Source of the DNA: Candidatus Deferrimicrobiaceae bacterium
GTDB taxonomy: Bacteria; Desulfobacterota; Deferrimicrobia; Deferrimicrobiales; Deferrimicrobiaceae
Reading direction: 5' to 3'
DNA length: 64,000 nt
NCBI GenBank assembly: GCA_963792415.1
Contig: CAWBVY010000010.1
Coordinates: forward strand, 65,751 to 129,750
The translations under genes were made by a program, and so were the position numbers. Below the pieces are notes generated by a model. That model saw only the letters and a list, made by a program, of their open reading frames with translations, had not been told where the DNA came from and made no database searches. This document shows, one piece after another, positions 9,392-18,384 of the stretch (the first letter of the stretch is position 1; every line of letters starts with the position of its first letter).

Positions 9392-10496
9392 ACGGCGCCG
9401 CGACGGCGGCCCCCTCCAGCGACAGCCGGGAGCGCAATTCCGCCGAGGAAGCAAGGTCGAGGAGAGCACGGGATAACCGCTCCGGGTCCTCCCGCGGGTA
9501 GACCAGCCCCCCGCCCTGCGAACGGATCCGGTCCCCCCAGTACGTCCCCTCCGGCACGACGACCGGCACGCCCGACGAGAGCGCCTCCAGCGGCACGAGC
9601 CCGAACGATTCGTAGAGGGAAGGACAGACGACGACGTCCGCCGCGGCGTACAGCATCGGCATGCCGCCGTGCGGAAGCGAGCCGAGGAAGAAGACCTCCC
9701 CGCCGGGGGCGCCTTCCGGCCCTTCCTGCCCCGCGACGAGGAAGATCGCCGGCCCCTTCCACCGATCCCGCATCGCGCGGAACGCTGCGACGGCCACGGC
9801 GGCGTTTTTCCCGGCGTCCCCCCGGGCGGCAAGCAGGAAGATCATCCCGTTCCGGGGAAGTCCGAGATACGCCCGCGCGACCTCCCGGGGGGGAAGGTGC
9901 CGGAACCGGTCGTCCACCCCCGGCGGGATGACGACCCCCTTCTCCGACAATTCCGGGAAGATCCGACGGTTCTCCGCGAGGTCGTACTCCGAGAAACAGA
10001 CGACGCGGGACGCCTCCCGCGCCAGCTCCGCCTCCTTCCCCTTGCGGATGGAGGAGAGCGGCTCCTGTTCCGGCCCGGGCGCCGGGACCTTCCGGGCCTC
10101 CACCGTGTGATAGCAGAGGATCATCGGGGCGTCGGAAAGTTTTCGGGCGGCGACGCCCGACATCCAGTAGTGCGCGGAGACGACGCGCGGCTCGATCCGC
10201 TCCCCGCGCATCAGGATGCGGCACCGTTCGACGAAGAGATCGACGGATGCGAACGCGCTTTCCCGGGACGGAGGCTCCACCCAGCCGCACGGGACGTGAA
10301 AGATGCGGACACCGGGGAACGGCACGGAGACCTCGACGGTTTCCCCCGTGGCGCGGGTGAGGACGTCGGCGGCGATCCCCCGCTTCGACAGCCCGCGGAG
10401 CAGCCCGAGGAGGAAGACGTTCATCCCCCCGGCGAGCCCCTCCCCCGGCTCCTCCACCGGGCATGTGTGGAAGGAAACGAGAAGGTGCCGCGTCAA
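9318..10496 (-). CDS. GT4 glycosyltransferase, MshA-like
   Basis: N-terminal SFHTCPVEEPGEGLAGGMNVF resembles MshA HTSP..QPG.GDAGGMNVY. Also AHYWMSG and PSLYESFGLVPLEA. The TTG start overlaps the upstream TGA. Confidence 0.85.
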   Translation of the reverse strand: MTRHLLVSFHTCPVEEPGEGLAGGMNVFLLGLLRGLSKRGIAADVLTRATGETVEVSVPFPGVRIFHVPCGWVEPPSRESAFASVDLFVERCRILMRGERIEPRVVSAHYWMSGVAARKLSDAPMILCYHTVEARKVPAPGPEQEPLSSIRKGKEAELAREASRVVCFSEYDLAENRRIFPELSEKGVVIPPGVDDRFRHLPPREVARAYLGLPRNGMIFLLAARGDAGKNAAVAVAAFRAMRDRWKGPAIFLVAGQEGPEGAPGGEVFFLGSLPHGGMPMLYAAADVVVCPSLYESFGLVPLEALSSGVPVVVPEGTYWGDRIRSQGGGLVYPREDPERLSRALLDLASSAELRSRLSLEGAAVAAPFTWEKCTASWEGLLASVSTSGSPR

Positions 10497-11482
10497 GCGG
10501 AAACCGTCAGGCGATAGACCACCCGGTCCACCCCTCCGAGGTCGTACTTGTACCGTTCCGTCCCCCGCAGGAAGTCGTACTCCGTGCACCCTTCCTCGAT
10601 GGCCTGCCCGATGGAGCGCGCGATGAGGACGAGCCCGGGGTTGGCCGCGCGGAGCTCCGGGTCGTACCCGGAGTTGTAGAGGAGGTACGCGTCGGCGGTC
10701 CGGAACTGGAACACGGAGGCGACGTCCACCCCTTGCGCGGAGAGGAACGCGAGGCGCAGGCGGCCGGAGGCGAGGAATCCCTCCGCGACTTCGCGGAAAA
10801 AGGCCGCCATCGACGCGTCCATGAACGACTCCTTCGCGGGGTGGCTCTTCCGGAGGAGTCCCAGGAAGGAGGGGAGGTCGTTCGCGAGTTCGTCGGGCGT
10901 CCGGGTCACCCGGAAGGCGAGCCCCGGAAGGAACTCCGCGGCGCGCCGCATCTTCCGCCGCAATTCGTGACGCTCCTTCGCTCCCAGCCGCTCGAGATAC
11001 TCCTCGAAGGAGCCCGGCAGGGAGACGAAGGGGGCCTTGTCCATCTCCTCGACGGAACAGGAAAGGCCCGTCTCCCGGCAGATCGACGGGAGGAGCGACA
11101 GGGCGGGCGTCCCTTCCACGAGACCGGGGAACCTCAGGGGACCGCCGCCCAGCGCGGGGAGCCCCCGTTCGAGGAACTCCCGCCAGAAGGCCTCGTCGCG
11201 ACCTGGCGCGACAAGGGCGTCCAGGTAGTCCGCGACCTGCTCGCCGCCGAGGAAGATCCATCCCCCCTCCCCGCAGCGGCACAGGAAGAGGATCCCCTCG
11301 TCGGACCCCCCGTCGGGTCCCCACCGGACGACCCGGTCGTCGCACCCCTGGCCGAGGGCGCGATGCCAGGGGAGGAGGAACCGGGGGGAGAGGAACGGGG
11401 AGGTGCGCGGTCCCCGACCGTGGAGTTCCTCCCACCCCGCGACCGGGACGTCCGCAAGGCGGTGGGCGATGACAAGGCTCAC
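10493..11482 (-). CDS. GNAT-family acetyltransferase (CelD/BcsL-like)
   Basis: FLGGEQVADYLD, LPGSFEEYL, YNSGYDP, YDFLRGTERYKYDLG. The GTG start overlaps the upstream stop. Confidence 0.85.
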   Translation of the reverse strand: MSLVIAHRLADVPVAGWEELHGRGPRTSPFLSPRFLLPWHRALGQGCDDRVVRWGPDGGSDEGILFLCRCGEGGWIFLGGEQVADYLDALVAPGRDEAFWREFLERGLPALGGGPLRFPGLVEGTPALSLLPSICRETGLSCSVEEMDKAPFVSLPGSFEEYLERLGAKERHELRRKMRRAAEFLPGLAFRVTRTPDELANDLPSFLGLLRKSHPAKESFMDASMAAFFREVAEGFLASGRLRLAFLSAQGVDVASVFQFRTADAYLLYNSGYDPELRAANPGLVLIARSIGQAIEEGCTEYDFLRGTERYKYDLGGVDRVVYRLTVSA

Positions 11483-12096
11483 GGCGACGGAGAGACGATC
11501 TTGGCCTCGATCAATGTCCGGGCGGTCTCCTCGGCGACGCTGTTGGCTGTGGACATCAGCACCTGGCGCACATCGTCGGGCGTCGGGATGAAGTCCGAGA
11601 GCGACCCGGTGCTCGTGACCGTCTTCTCCAGCGACCCGGAAATGCCGGGGCCCTCCGCCGTGACGGTCAGGCTCACGGTCGCCTCCGTGGTCACGGTAAA
11701 ATTGCCGGTGCGACGGCTGTTCACCTCGAACCGGCGGAGCACCCCGGAGATCCGGACCGGAGTCGCCACGAAACCTTTCGGGTCCGCGCCCTGGCGGACC
11801 GTCGCCACGCCGCGTTCCCCAAGGACCGCGGCGACCAGATCCGCCATCGCCTTTCCGGGCTCGCCGCTCCAGGCGATCGTTCGGGCGCGGTCGAAATCCC
11901 TCCCCACGACGCCTTCGGCGATCGGCGCGAACGCGAAGTCCGCGATCATTGCCTGCGGCGCGCCTCCCCTGGGCGTGACCTCGCCCGCGGGACGGGTCAG
12001 GTCCCCCGGAACGTGCATCGTACTCCCCGTGGCGCACGCGGAAAGGATCAGGCACGGACCAACGAACAGCAGGAGCGCTCGGATAGCACGTTTCAT
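11479..12096 (-). CDS. Lipoprotein (YajG-like)
   Basis: MKRAIRALLLFVGPCLILSAC lipobox, with RBS GAAGGGGG. Confidence 0.7.
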   Translation of the reverse strand: MKRAIRALLLFVGPCLILSACATGSTMHVPGDLTRPAGEVTPRGGAPQAMIADFAFAPIAEGVVGRDFDRARTIAWSGEPGKAMADLVAAVLGERGVATVRQGADPKGFVATPVRISGVLRRFEVNSRRTGNFTVTTEATVSLTVTAEGPGISGSLEKTVTSTGSLSDFIPTPDDVRQVLMSTANSVAEETARTLIEAKIVSPSP

Positions 12097-12265
12097 CGTG
12101 TCCCCCTTCGAACCGCCCGCGGAATCCCTTTGCCGCCGGGTGGTTTCGACCACTCTACGGCATGCCGCGGGTCGATTCAACCCGTACCACGCCCCCTTGC
12201 GGGGCCGGAGGAAAGTGGCGTATCGTGATCCGTCGTCATCATCACGTCCGCCCCGGGGAGGGAAG

Positions 12266-13465
12266 ATGCCCGCATCGCCGGAGATCCGGGAGGCGATCCG
12301 TCAAGGGTCGTGGATCCGGAAGATGTTCGAGGACGGAGCCGTCCTCAAGGCCGAGCGCGGCGAGGAAAACGTGTTCGACTTCACCCTCGGGAACCCGTAC
12401 GGCGACCCGCCGCCCGCGCTTTCCGCCGAACTGGCGCGCCTGTGCGCCCACCCGCCGCACGGACTGCACCGGTACATGCCGAACGCCGGGGTGCCGGAGG
12501 CCCGCCGGGCCGCGGCGTTGTCGCTCTCCCGTTCCACGGGCCTGCCGTTCACGGAGGATCTGCTGGTGATGACCGTGGGCGCCGCGGGGGCGCTGAACGT
12601 CGCGCTGCGCGCCATCCTCTCGCCGGGAGACGAGGTGGTGATCCTCGCCCCCTACTTCGTGGAGTACCTCTTCTACATCCGCAACGCCTTCGGGACACCG
12701 GTCGTGGCGGAGACGGACGCGCGGTTCCAGCTCGACCTGGCGGCCATCGAGGCGGCCCTCACCCCGAAGACGCGCGCGGTCCTCATCAACACGCCGAACA
12801 ACCCGACGGGCGCCGTCTACCCCGGGGGAGACCTCGCCGCCCTCGACCGCGTATTGTCCGCCGCGGAGAGGCGATTCGGGAACCCGATCTACGTGATCTC
12901 CGACGAACCGTACCGGAAGATCGTTTTCCGGGGGGTGTCGTCCACCATGGCGGCCGCGGAGATCCGCAACACCCTGGTGGCCTATTCGCACTCGAAGGAC
13001 CTGAACCTGCCGGGCGAGCGGATCGGCTACCTCGCCGTCTCCCCGCGCGCGGCGGACGCGGAGGAGGTGGCGGGGGCGTGCGTCTTCTGCAACCGGGTGC
13101 TCGGGTTCGTCAACGCCCCGGCCCTCTTCCAGATCGCGGTGTCGAAGTTCGAGGACGAGCCCGCCGACATCTCGGTGTACCAGGAGAACCGGGACGTTCT
13201 GCTCGACGCCCTGCGGCGGGCCGGGATCGACGTCGTCCCGCCCGGCGGAGCGTTCTACCTGTTCCCGAAGTCCCCCGTCCCGGACGAGATGGCGTTCGTC
13301 GACGCGGCGCGCGACGAGGGGATCCTCGTCGTCCCGGGGTCCGGGTTCGGGCGAAGCGGACACGTCCGCGTCGCCTACTGCCTCTCCCCGGAAACGGTGA
13401 GGCGCTCGGTCGCCGCGTGGGAGCGGCTCGGACGCCGCTATCCCGGCGGGGGGAAACGGCGATGA
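12266..13465 (+). CDS. PLP-dependent class I/II aminotransferase (aspartate aminotransferase-like)
   Basis: SWIRKMFE, FTLGNP, NTPNNPTG, ISDEPY, SHSKDLNLPGERIG. Confidence 0.92.
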   Translation: MPASPEIREAIRQGSWIRKMFEDGAVLKAERGEENVFDFTLGNPYGDPPPALSAELARLCAHPPHGLHRYMPNAGVPEARRAAALSLSRSTGLPFTEDLLVMTVGAAGALNVALRAILSPGDEVVILAPYFVEYLFYIRNAFGTPVVAETDARFQLDLAAIEAALTPKTRAVLINTPNNPTGAVYPGGDLAALDRVLSAAERRFGNPIYVISDEPYRKIVFRGVSSTMAAAEIRNTLVAYSHSKDLNLPGERIGYLAVSPRAADAEEVAGACVFCNRVLGFVNAPALFQIAVSKFEDEPADISVYQENRDVLLDALRRAGIDVVPPGGAFYLFPKSPVPDEMAFVDAARDEGILVVPGSGFGRSGHVRVAYCLSPETVRRSVAAWERLGRRYPGGGKRR

Positions 13466-14507
13466 CCGTCGTCTTCCGGAAAAACGTCTCCCGCATGGAG
13501 GGGTACGTCCCCGGCGAGCAGCCGCGGGAGCGCGACTTCATCAAGCTGAACACCAACGAGAACCCGTACCCCCCATCGCCGAAGGTGCGCCAGGCGATCC
13601 TCCGGGAACTCGGGGAGCCGCTGCGGCTCTATCCCGACCCGGGGTCCACCGCGCTGCGGCGGCAGGCCGCGCTGACGTACGGCTTCGACCTTCCGGGGGT
13701 GATCGCGGGGAACGGCTCGGACGACCTGCTGGCGATGATCGCGCGGGCGTTCGTGGGCGAGGGGGATCTCCTGGCGTGCCCCGTGCCCACTTACACGCTC
13801 TACGACACCCTCGTCCGCATCCAGGGGGGAAGCTCGCGGGGGTCCCGTACCCGGACGACTACTCCCTCCCCCGCGGCCTTGCCGGGAAAAAGGCGCGCGT
13901 GACGATCGTGGCGAACCCGAATTCGCCGTCGGGGACCGCCGTGCCGGTCCGCGCGCTCGCGGAGCTCGCCGACGCCGTCCCCGGACTGCTGGTCGTCGAC
14001 GAGGCGTACGCCGACTTCGCGGACGAGACGGCCCTCCCGCTCGCGCGGGAACGGCGGAACGTGATCGTCCTGCGGACGCTCTCCAAGTCGTTCTCCCTCG
14101 CGGGGATGCGGATCGGGCTCGGGTTCGCTCCCCCTCGGATCATCGAGGGGCTGGACAAGGTGCGCGACTCGTACAACCTGAGCCGCCTGTCGATCGCGGC
14201 GGGGGTTGCGGCGCTCGCGGACACCGGGTGGATGGAACGGAACGCGGCGAGGATCCGGAAAACCCGCGAGGCCCTGGCGGCGGCCCTTCCCGGGGTGGGG
14301 TTCACGCCGTTCCCGTCGCAGAGCAACTTCATCCTCGCCCGGCGCGCTCGGGGAGGATCGGCCCGGCCGGTCTACGAGGCGCTCAAGCGCCGGAAGATCC
14401 TCGTGCGGTACTTCGACACCCCGCGGCTCGCGGGGTGTCTCCGCATCACCGTCGGGACGGACGACGAGGTCCGGGCACTCCTGGATGCGATGAAGCGGAT
14501 CCGGTAG
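13462..14507 (+). CDS. hisC: Histidinol-phosphate aminotransferase (frameshift in the G-run near 13825-13830)
   Basis: YVPGEQP, KLNTNENPYPP, GNGSDD in one frame. NPNSPSG, VDEAYADF, RTLSKSFSLAGMRIG in the next frame. Confidence 0.92.
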
Positions 14508-14534
14508 GTCCACGGAGGACCGGTCGCCGGCGCC

Positions 14535-15476
14535 TCACAGGGTCACGACCCAGTTCCCGCCGCTTTCCCGGTTCCTCCACCGCACCTCGAAGCCCCCGTC
14601 CGGCCGCCGCTCGACGGTCTGGAAGCAATACTCGACCCCGGTCCCCGACGGCCCGAACACGAACGCCTCGAAGACGCGCGGAAGCGGCAGGCGGGACAGG
14701 GCGGCCTCCCTCGCCGCGAGAAACGCCGCCCGGTCTTCCGCGAAAAACTCCGACGGGACGGGACCAGGCGCGCACCCCTTCGTTTCCATGAGGGAGAAGT
14801 TCGTGGCGCGCCAGGCGGAGTCGCCCCAGACCATCCGGGCGGAGACGACGATTCCGCCGGGATCGGCGAAAGGGATGCGGGCGCACGCGATCTTGTCGGC
14901 GCGCAGTTTCCCGTCCGCGGAGATGTGGTAGAGGAAGTACGGCATCGGCCGGTTCTTGAGAACGGAAAGAGCCTCCGGGGCCTCGATGACCGGCGCCGGA
15001 CCGTATCCCGCGTCGATGGCGGCGCGGCAGAGCGACGGGGACGGCTTTTTCCGCATCGCGCCGAACCCGAACCGGAAGGTCCCGGACGCGCGCTCCCCCT
15101 CCCCCAGCGGCAGGACCAGGCGGAAATGTCCGCGTCCCGGAGCGGGAGGAAGGTTCGACGTCTCCTCCTCGGGGATGCGGTAGAGATCCGCGATCGCGTC
15201 GTCCGAGGGAACGTCCATCTCGTACCACGGGGAGAACCGCTCCTCCCCGCCGCGAACGGTGGAGAAACGGTATCGCACGAGGATCCGCTCCCCCTCACCC
15301 GGCTCGGGGAGCGGAAGGTGCGCCACCCGTCGCCCGGGCGTCCCCGAAGGAACGACCGCCCGGGTGATCCGTCGCGCCGGCCCGGCGGGACCTCCGCGCA
15401 GCGTCACCTCGGCGTGCACCAGAACGATCTCCGGCGGTTCGGCGCCGTCCCGGTACTCTCGTCGAAGAAGGAGCAT
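14535..15476 (-). CDS. Hypothetical protein (313 aa)
   Basis: GGAGG RBS, host-like codon usage, follows the zincin gene; no recognisable motif. Confidence 0.65.
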   Translation of the reverse strand: MLLLRREYRDGAEPPEIVLVHAEVTLRGGPAGPARRITRAVVPSGTPGRRVAHLPLPEPGEGERILVRYRFSTVRGGEERFSPWYEMDVPSDDAIADLYRIPEEETSNLPPAPGRGHFRLVLPLGEGERASGTFRFGFGAMRKKPSPSLCRAAIDAGYGPAPVIEAPEALSVLKNRPMPYFLYHISADGKLRADKIACARIPFADPGGIVVSARMVWGDSAWRATNFSLMETKGCAPGPVPSEFFAEDRAAFLAAREAALSRLPLPRVFEAFVFGPSGTGVEYCFQTVERRPDGGFEVRWRNRESGGNWVVTL

Positions 15477-15506
15477 TCCGAACCTCCTTGTGCCCGGGCT
15501 GGCGCC

Positions 15507-15887
15507 TCACTCGTACCCGAGGCGGGAGAGTTCCTCCTCGTCCATCCCGAAGTAGTGGCCGATCTCGTGAAGCAGCGTGATCCGGATCTGCCGGGACAAC
15601 TCGGTCCGGTCCGGGAAATCCTCGATGAGCGGCCCCCGATAGACGGAGATCCTGTCGGGAAGGAGACCGGAATCCTGGACCGACCGCGCGGGGAGCGGCA
15701 CACCGTGGTAGTAGCCGTACAACGAGTCGTCCGGAGGGATCCCCAGCTCCTCGAGCAGGCTCCCCGGCGGCCACTCCTCCACGACCACGGCGACGTTCGT
15801 CAGCGCATCGTGGAACATCGGGGGAAGTTCCGAGAGCGCCTTCCGGAGCGCCGCGCTGAATTCGTCTTGCCCCCTTCTGTTCCGCAT
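15507..15887 (-). CDS. Zincin-like metallopeptidase family protein (DUF1025-like)
   Basis: LYGYYHGVP, PDRISVYRGP, TLLHEIGHYFGMDEEEL (HExxH). Confidence 0.88.
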   Translation of the reverse strand: MRNRRGQDEFSAALRKALSELPPMFHDALTNVAVVVEEWPPGSLLEELGIPPDDSLYGYYHGVPLPARSVQDSGLLPDRISVYRGPLIEDFPDRTELSRQIRITLLHEIGHYFGMDEEELSRLGYE

Positions 15888-15982
15888 CTCCCATCAGCCT
15901 CCTGCCCATCCTCCCGACACCGGGGTACCCCGGGGAGCGCGCTTCATGAGGGAGTGGGGCGGCCCTCCCTCCCCTCCGGTGC

Positions 15983-16606
15983 CTACTCCGCGCCGATCCC
16001 CTTGAGCGCCCTGAAAAAGGCGGACCACCCGTCGATGTTGGGCAGGATTTCCCCCTCCAGGATGTCCGCCACGGCGTTCCAGTCGCCCGCTTTCTGCGTC
16101 CGGAGCAGCCGTTGGAGGATTCCGGCGGTAGCCAGGGGGGGGGTCGGAAGCTCCCCCGTGCTACCGGAACGGGCGGCGAACGGGAACACGCCGGTCCCGA
16201 TGGCGTTGAAGATCGCCCCGGCCAGCTCGAAGAACGTTCCCAGGGACTCGATGCAGGCCGCGTATCGGGGACCCGCCGCCGCGAGGTCCCCCGCGCGCAG
16301 GGACGACAGGGTCGTCTCCACGTCGCGGCGGATGGTCAGGGAAAGGGCGACGGCGCCGTCGAGGGCCTCGCGGAACAGGGCATCGGGGGTCGTCGTCGTG
16401 ACGTCCACCGTGCCGACCTCCCCGACCGGCCGGTCGGCCATCTCCCGCTCGAACCGCGTCGAGATCTCCCGCCCGTCGGCGACGATCCGGGAGACGACCC
16501 GGCCCTGCGAGACCACCTTGCGCCCCGCCTCCGCGAGAACGGCGCCGAAGGTCGCTCCCGCCGTCAGGTCCAGGGAAACGTCGCAGCCGTCGATACGCAA
16601 ACGCAT
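15983..16606 (-). CDS. Hypothetical protein co-oriented downstream of flgM
   Basis: 207 aa from MRLRIDG. The C-terminal GDWNAVADILEGEILP resembles helical tails seen in flagellar-locus accessory proteins (inference). Confidence 0.65.
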   Translation of the reverse strand: MRLRIDGCDVSLDLTAGATFGAVLAEAGRKVVSQGRVVSRIVADGREISTRFEREMADRPVGEVGTVDVTTTTPDALFREALDGAVALSLTIRRDVETTLSSLRAGDLAAAGPRYAACIESLGTFFELAGAIFNAIGTGVFPFAARSGSTGELPTPPLATAGILQRLLRTQKAGDWNAVADILEGEILPNIDGWSAFFRALKGIGAE

Positions 16607-16676
16607 GGGAAAAAGATACGCCAACGATGGGTGGCAGGCAACGGAAATCGGGCGGGACGGGAAACGGGGACGGTGA

Positions 16677-16880
16677 TCAGCGGGGGCGTTCGCGGAGTTC
16701 CCGGACGGCGTCGGAGACCATCTTCCCGGCGACCTGTTTCCCGTCGACCCGGTACGTTCCGTCCCGGAGGGCGGACCGGATCTCCTGGATCCGCCGTGCC
16801 CGACCCCCGGACAGCACCTCGACCGCCCGGCGCGTCTCGTCGAGCAGCGCACCCCACTTCCCCCGATCGGAAACCTTCAA
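16677..16880 (-). CDS. flgM: Anti-sigma28 factor FlgM (short, 67 aa)
   Basis: RARRIQEIRSALRDGTYRVDGKQVAGKM is the FlgM sigma-binding motif. TTG start with GGAGG; sigma28 box upstream. Confidence 0.8.
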   Translation of the reverse strand: MKVSDRGKWGALLDETRRAVEVLSGGRARRIQEIRSALRDGTYRVDGKQVAGKMVSDAVRELRERPR

Positions 16881-16926
16881 TGCCCCTCCGTTCCTCCACC
16901 GGCGGCGGGATGGCCGCGCACCCTCC

Positions 16927-16954
16927 TTATCGACGGACGGGATCGGAAACTTTA
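16927..16954 (-). promoter_or_regulatory. sigma28 (FliA) promoter of flgM
   Basis: Minus strand TAAAGTTT-N12-GTCGATAA versus consensus TAAAGTTT-N11-GCCGATAA. Confidence 0.75.
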
Positions 16955-16979
16955 CCCGGGAGGGACGATTCTGTACACT
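16951..16979 (+). promoter_or_regulatory. sigma70-type promoter giving a leaderless EBP mRNA
   Basis: TTTACC-N17-TACACT, with ATG 7 nt after the -10 and no SD. Confidence 0.55.
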
Positions 16980-16986
16980 GGACCCG

Positions 16987-18384
16987 ATGAAAAAATCCCT
17001 CCTGATCGTCGAGGACGAGGAAGTCACGCTCGCCCTCCTTCGAAACGTGTTCGGGCGCTCCGACCTCCTGGTCCACGAGGCACGCACCGGGGAGGAAGCC
17101 CATCAGCACATCGATCAGCACCCCGTCGACGTGGTCCTCACCGACCTCAAGATGCCGGGAAAGGACGGGCTCTCCGTGCTCGCCCACGCCAGGAAGGTCC
17201 GTCCCGGGGCCGAGGTGATCCTCATGACGGGCCACGCGTCGGTCGAATCCGCCGTTCGGGCGATGAAGCTTGGCGCGTTCCACTACATCACGAAACCGTT
17301 CGACATCGACGAGGTCGCCCAGCTCGTGGACCGGGCCCTCGAGCTCGCCAGCGTGCGCAGGGAGAACGTGAACCTTCGCTCCCTGGCCCGCGGGCGGGGC
17401 GGGCTGGAGCATTTCATCGGCGTGAGCGACGCGACGAAGGAGGTCCTCTCCCTCGTCCGGAAGGTGGCGGACACCGACTCCACGGTCCTGATCACGGGGG
17501 AGAGCGGGACGGGGAAGGAGCTGATCGCGCGGGCGCTCCACTATCTTTCCCCGCGCTCCGAGCGGATGCTCGTCCCCATCAACTGCGCCGCCATCCCCGC
17601 CGAACTGCTGGAGAGCGAGCTCTTCGGTCACGTGAAGGGGGCGTTCACGGGGGCCCACGCGACGCGGGCGGGAAAATTCGAGGCGGCCCACAACGGCACG
17701 ATCTTCCTCGACGAGATCGCGGAGATGAGCCCCCCCCTCCAGGCGAAGCTGCTCCGGGTGCTGCAGGAGAAGTCGGTAACCCCCGTCGGGGGGAACAGGC
17801 CGATCCCGGTGGACGTGCGCGTCATCACGGCGACCAACAAGGATCTCGACGAGGAGGTCTCCGAGGGAAGGTTCCGCTCCGATCTCTACTTCCGCCTGAA
17901 CGTCATCCCCATCCGCATTCCGCCGCTCCGGGACCGTCGCGACGACATCCCCATACTGCTGGAACATTTCCTCCGCAAGTACAACGTGGAGAAGGGGCGG
18001 GCGCTGGAAGGGGTGCGGCCGGAATCCCTCGAGATCCTGAGGCGCTACACCTGGCCGGGAAACGTGCGGGAGCTGGAGAACCTCATCGAGCGGATCGTCG
18101 TCCTCAAGGGATCCGGATGGCTCGAGCCGTCGGACATACCGGAAAAGATCCGGCGGGCGGAACGGTTCCTCGAGAGCGCCATACCCGTGCTGGGAGATAC
18201 GGGGCTCGACATCAGGAGCGCCACCGAGGACTTCGAGAACGCCCTCATCCGCCAGGCGCTGCATCTTTCGGGCGGGAACAAGAACCGCGCGGCCACCCTG
18301 CTGGGGCTGAAGCGGACGACCTTCGTGGAGATGCTGAAACGGAAGAGCCTCGACGCCGGTGAAGCCCCCGGCCCCGTGAGTTGA
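16987..18384 (+). CDS. sigma54-dependent response regulator (REC-AAA+-HTH; FleQ/FlrC/NtrC family)
   Basis: TDLKMP, GESGTGKE, ESELFGHVKGAFTGA, FLDEI, WPGNVRELEN, C-terminal Fis-type HTH. Confidence 0.96.
   Translation: MKKSLLIVEDEEVTLALLRNVFGRSDLLVHEARTGEEAHQHIDQHPVDVVLTDLKMPGKDGLSVLAHARKVRPGAEVILMTGHASVESAVRAMKLGAFHYITKPFDIDEVAQLVDRALELASVRRENVNLRSLARGRGGLEHFIGVSDATKEVLSLVRKVADTDSTVLITGESGTGKELIARALHYLSPRSERMLVPINCAAIPAELLESELFGHVKGAFTGAHATRAGKFEAAHNGTIFLDEIAEMSPPLQAKLLRVLQEKSVTPVGGNRPIPVDVRVITATNKDLDEEVSEGRFRSDLYFRLNVIPIRIPPLRDRRDDIPILLEHFLRKYNVEKGRALEGVRPESLEILRRYTWPGNVRELENLIERIVVLKGSGWLEPSDIPEKIRRAERFLESAIPVLGDTGLDIRSATEDFENALIRQALHLSGGNKNRAATLLGLKRTTFVEMLKRKSLDAGEAPGPVS

Noticed and set aside
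10463-13465. 1000-aa ORF and other very long ORFs (23393-28063, 24471-29195, 52807-56034, 34196-36892)
   Set aside because: Antisense or off-frame shadows of real genes in high-GC DNA. Only 12266-13465 of the first is a real gene.
13820-13835. Frameshifts in hisC, lgt, HAD, AOR and DUF2628 as programmed frameshifting or phase variation
   Set aside because: They are single-base losses in housekeeping genes, mostly without slippery heptamers. Their scatter fits long-read indel error.
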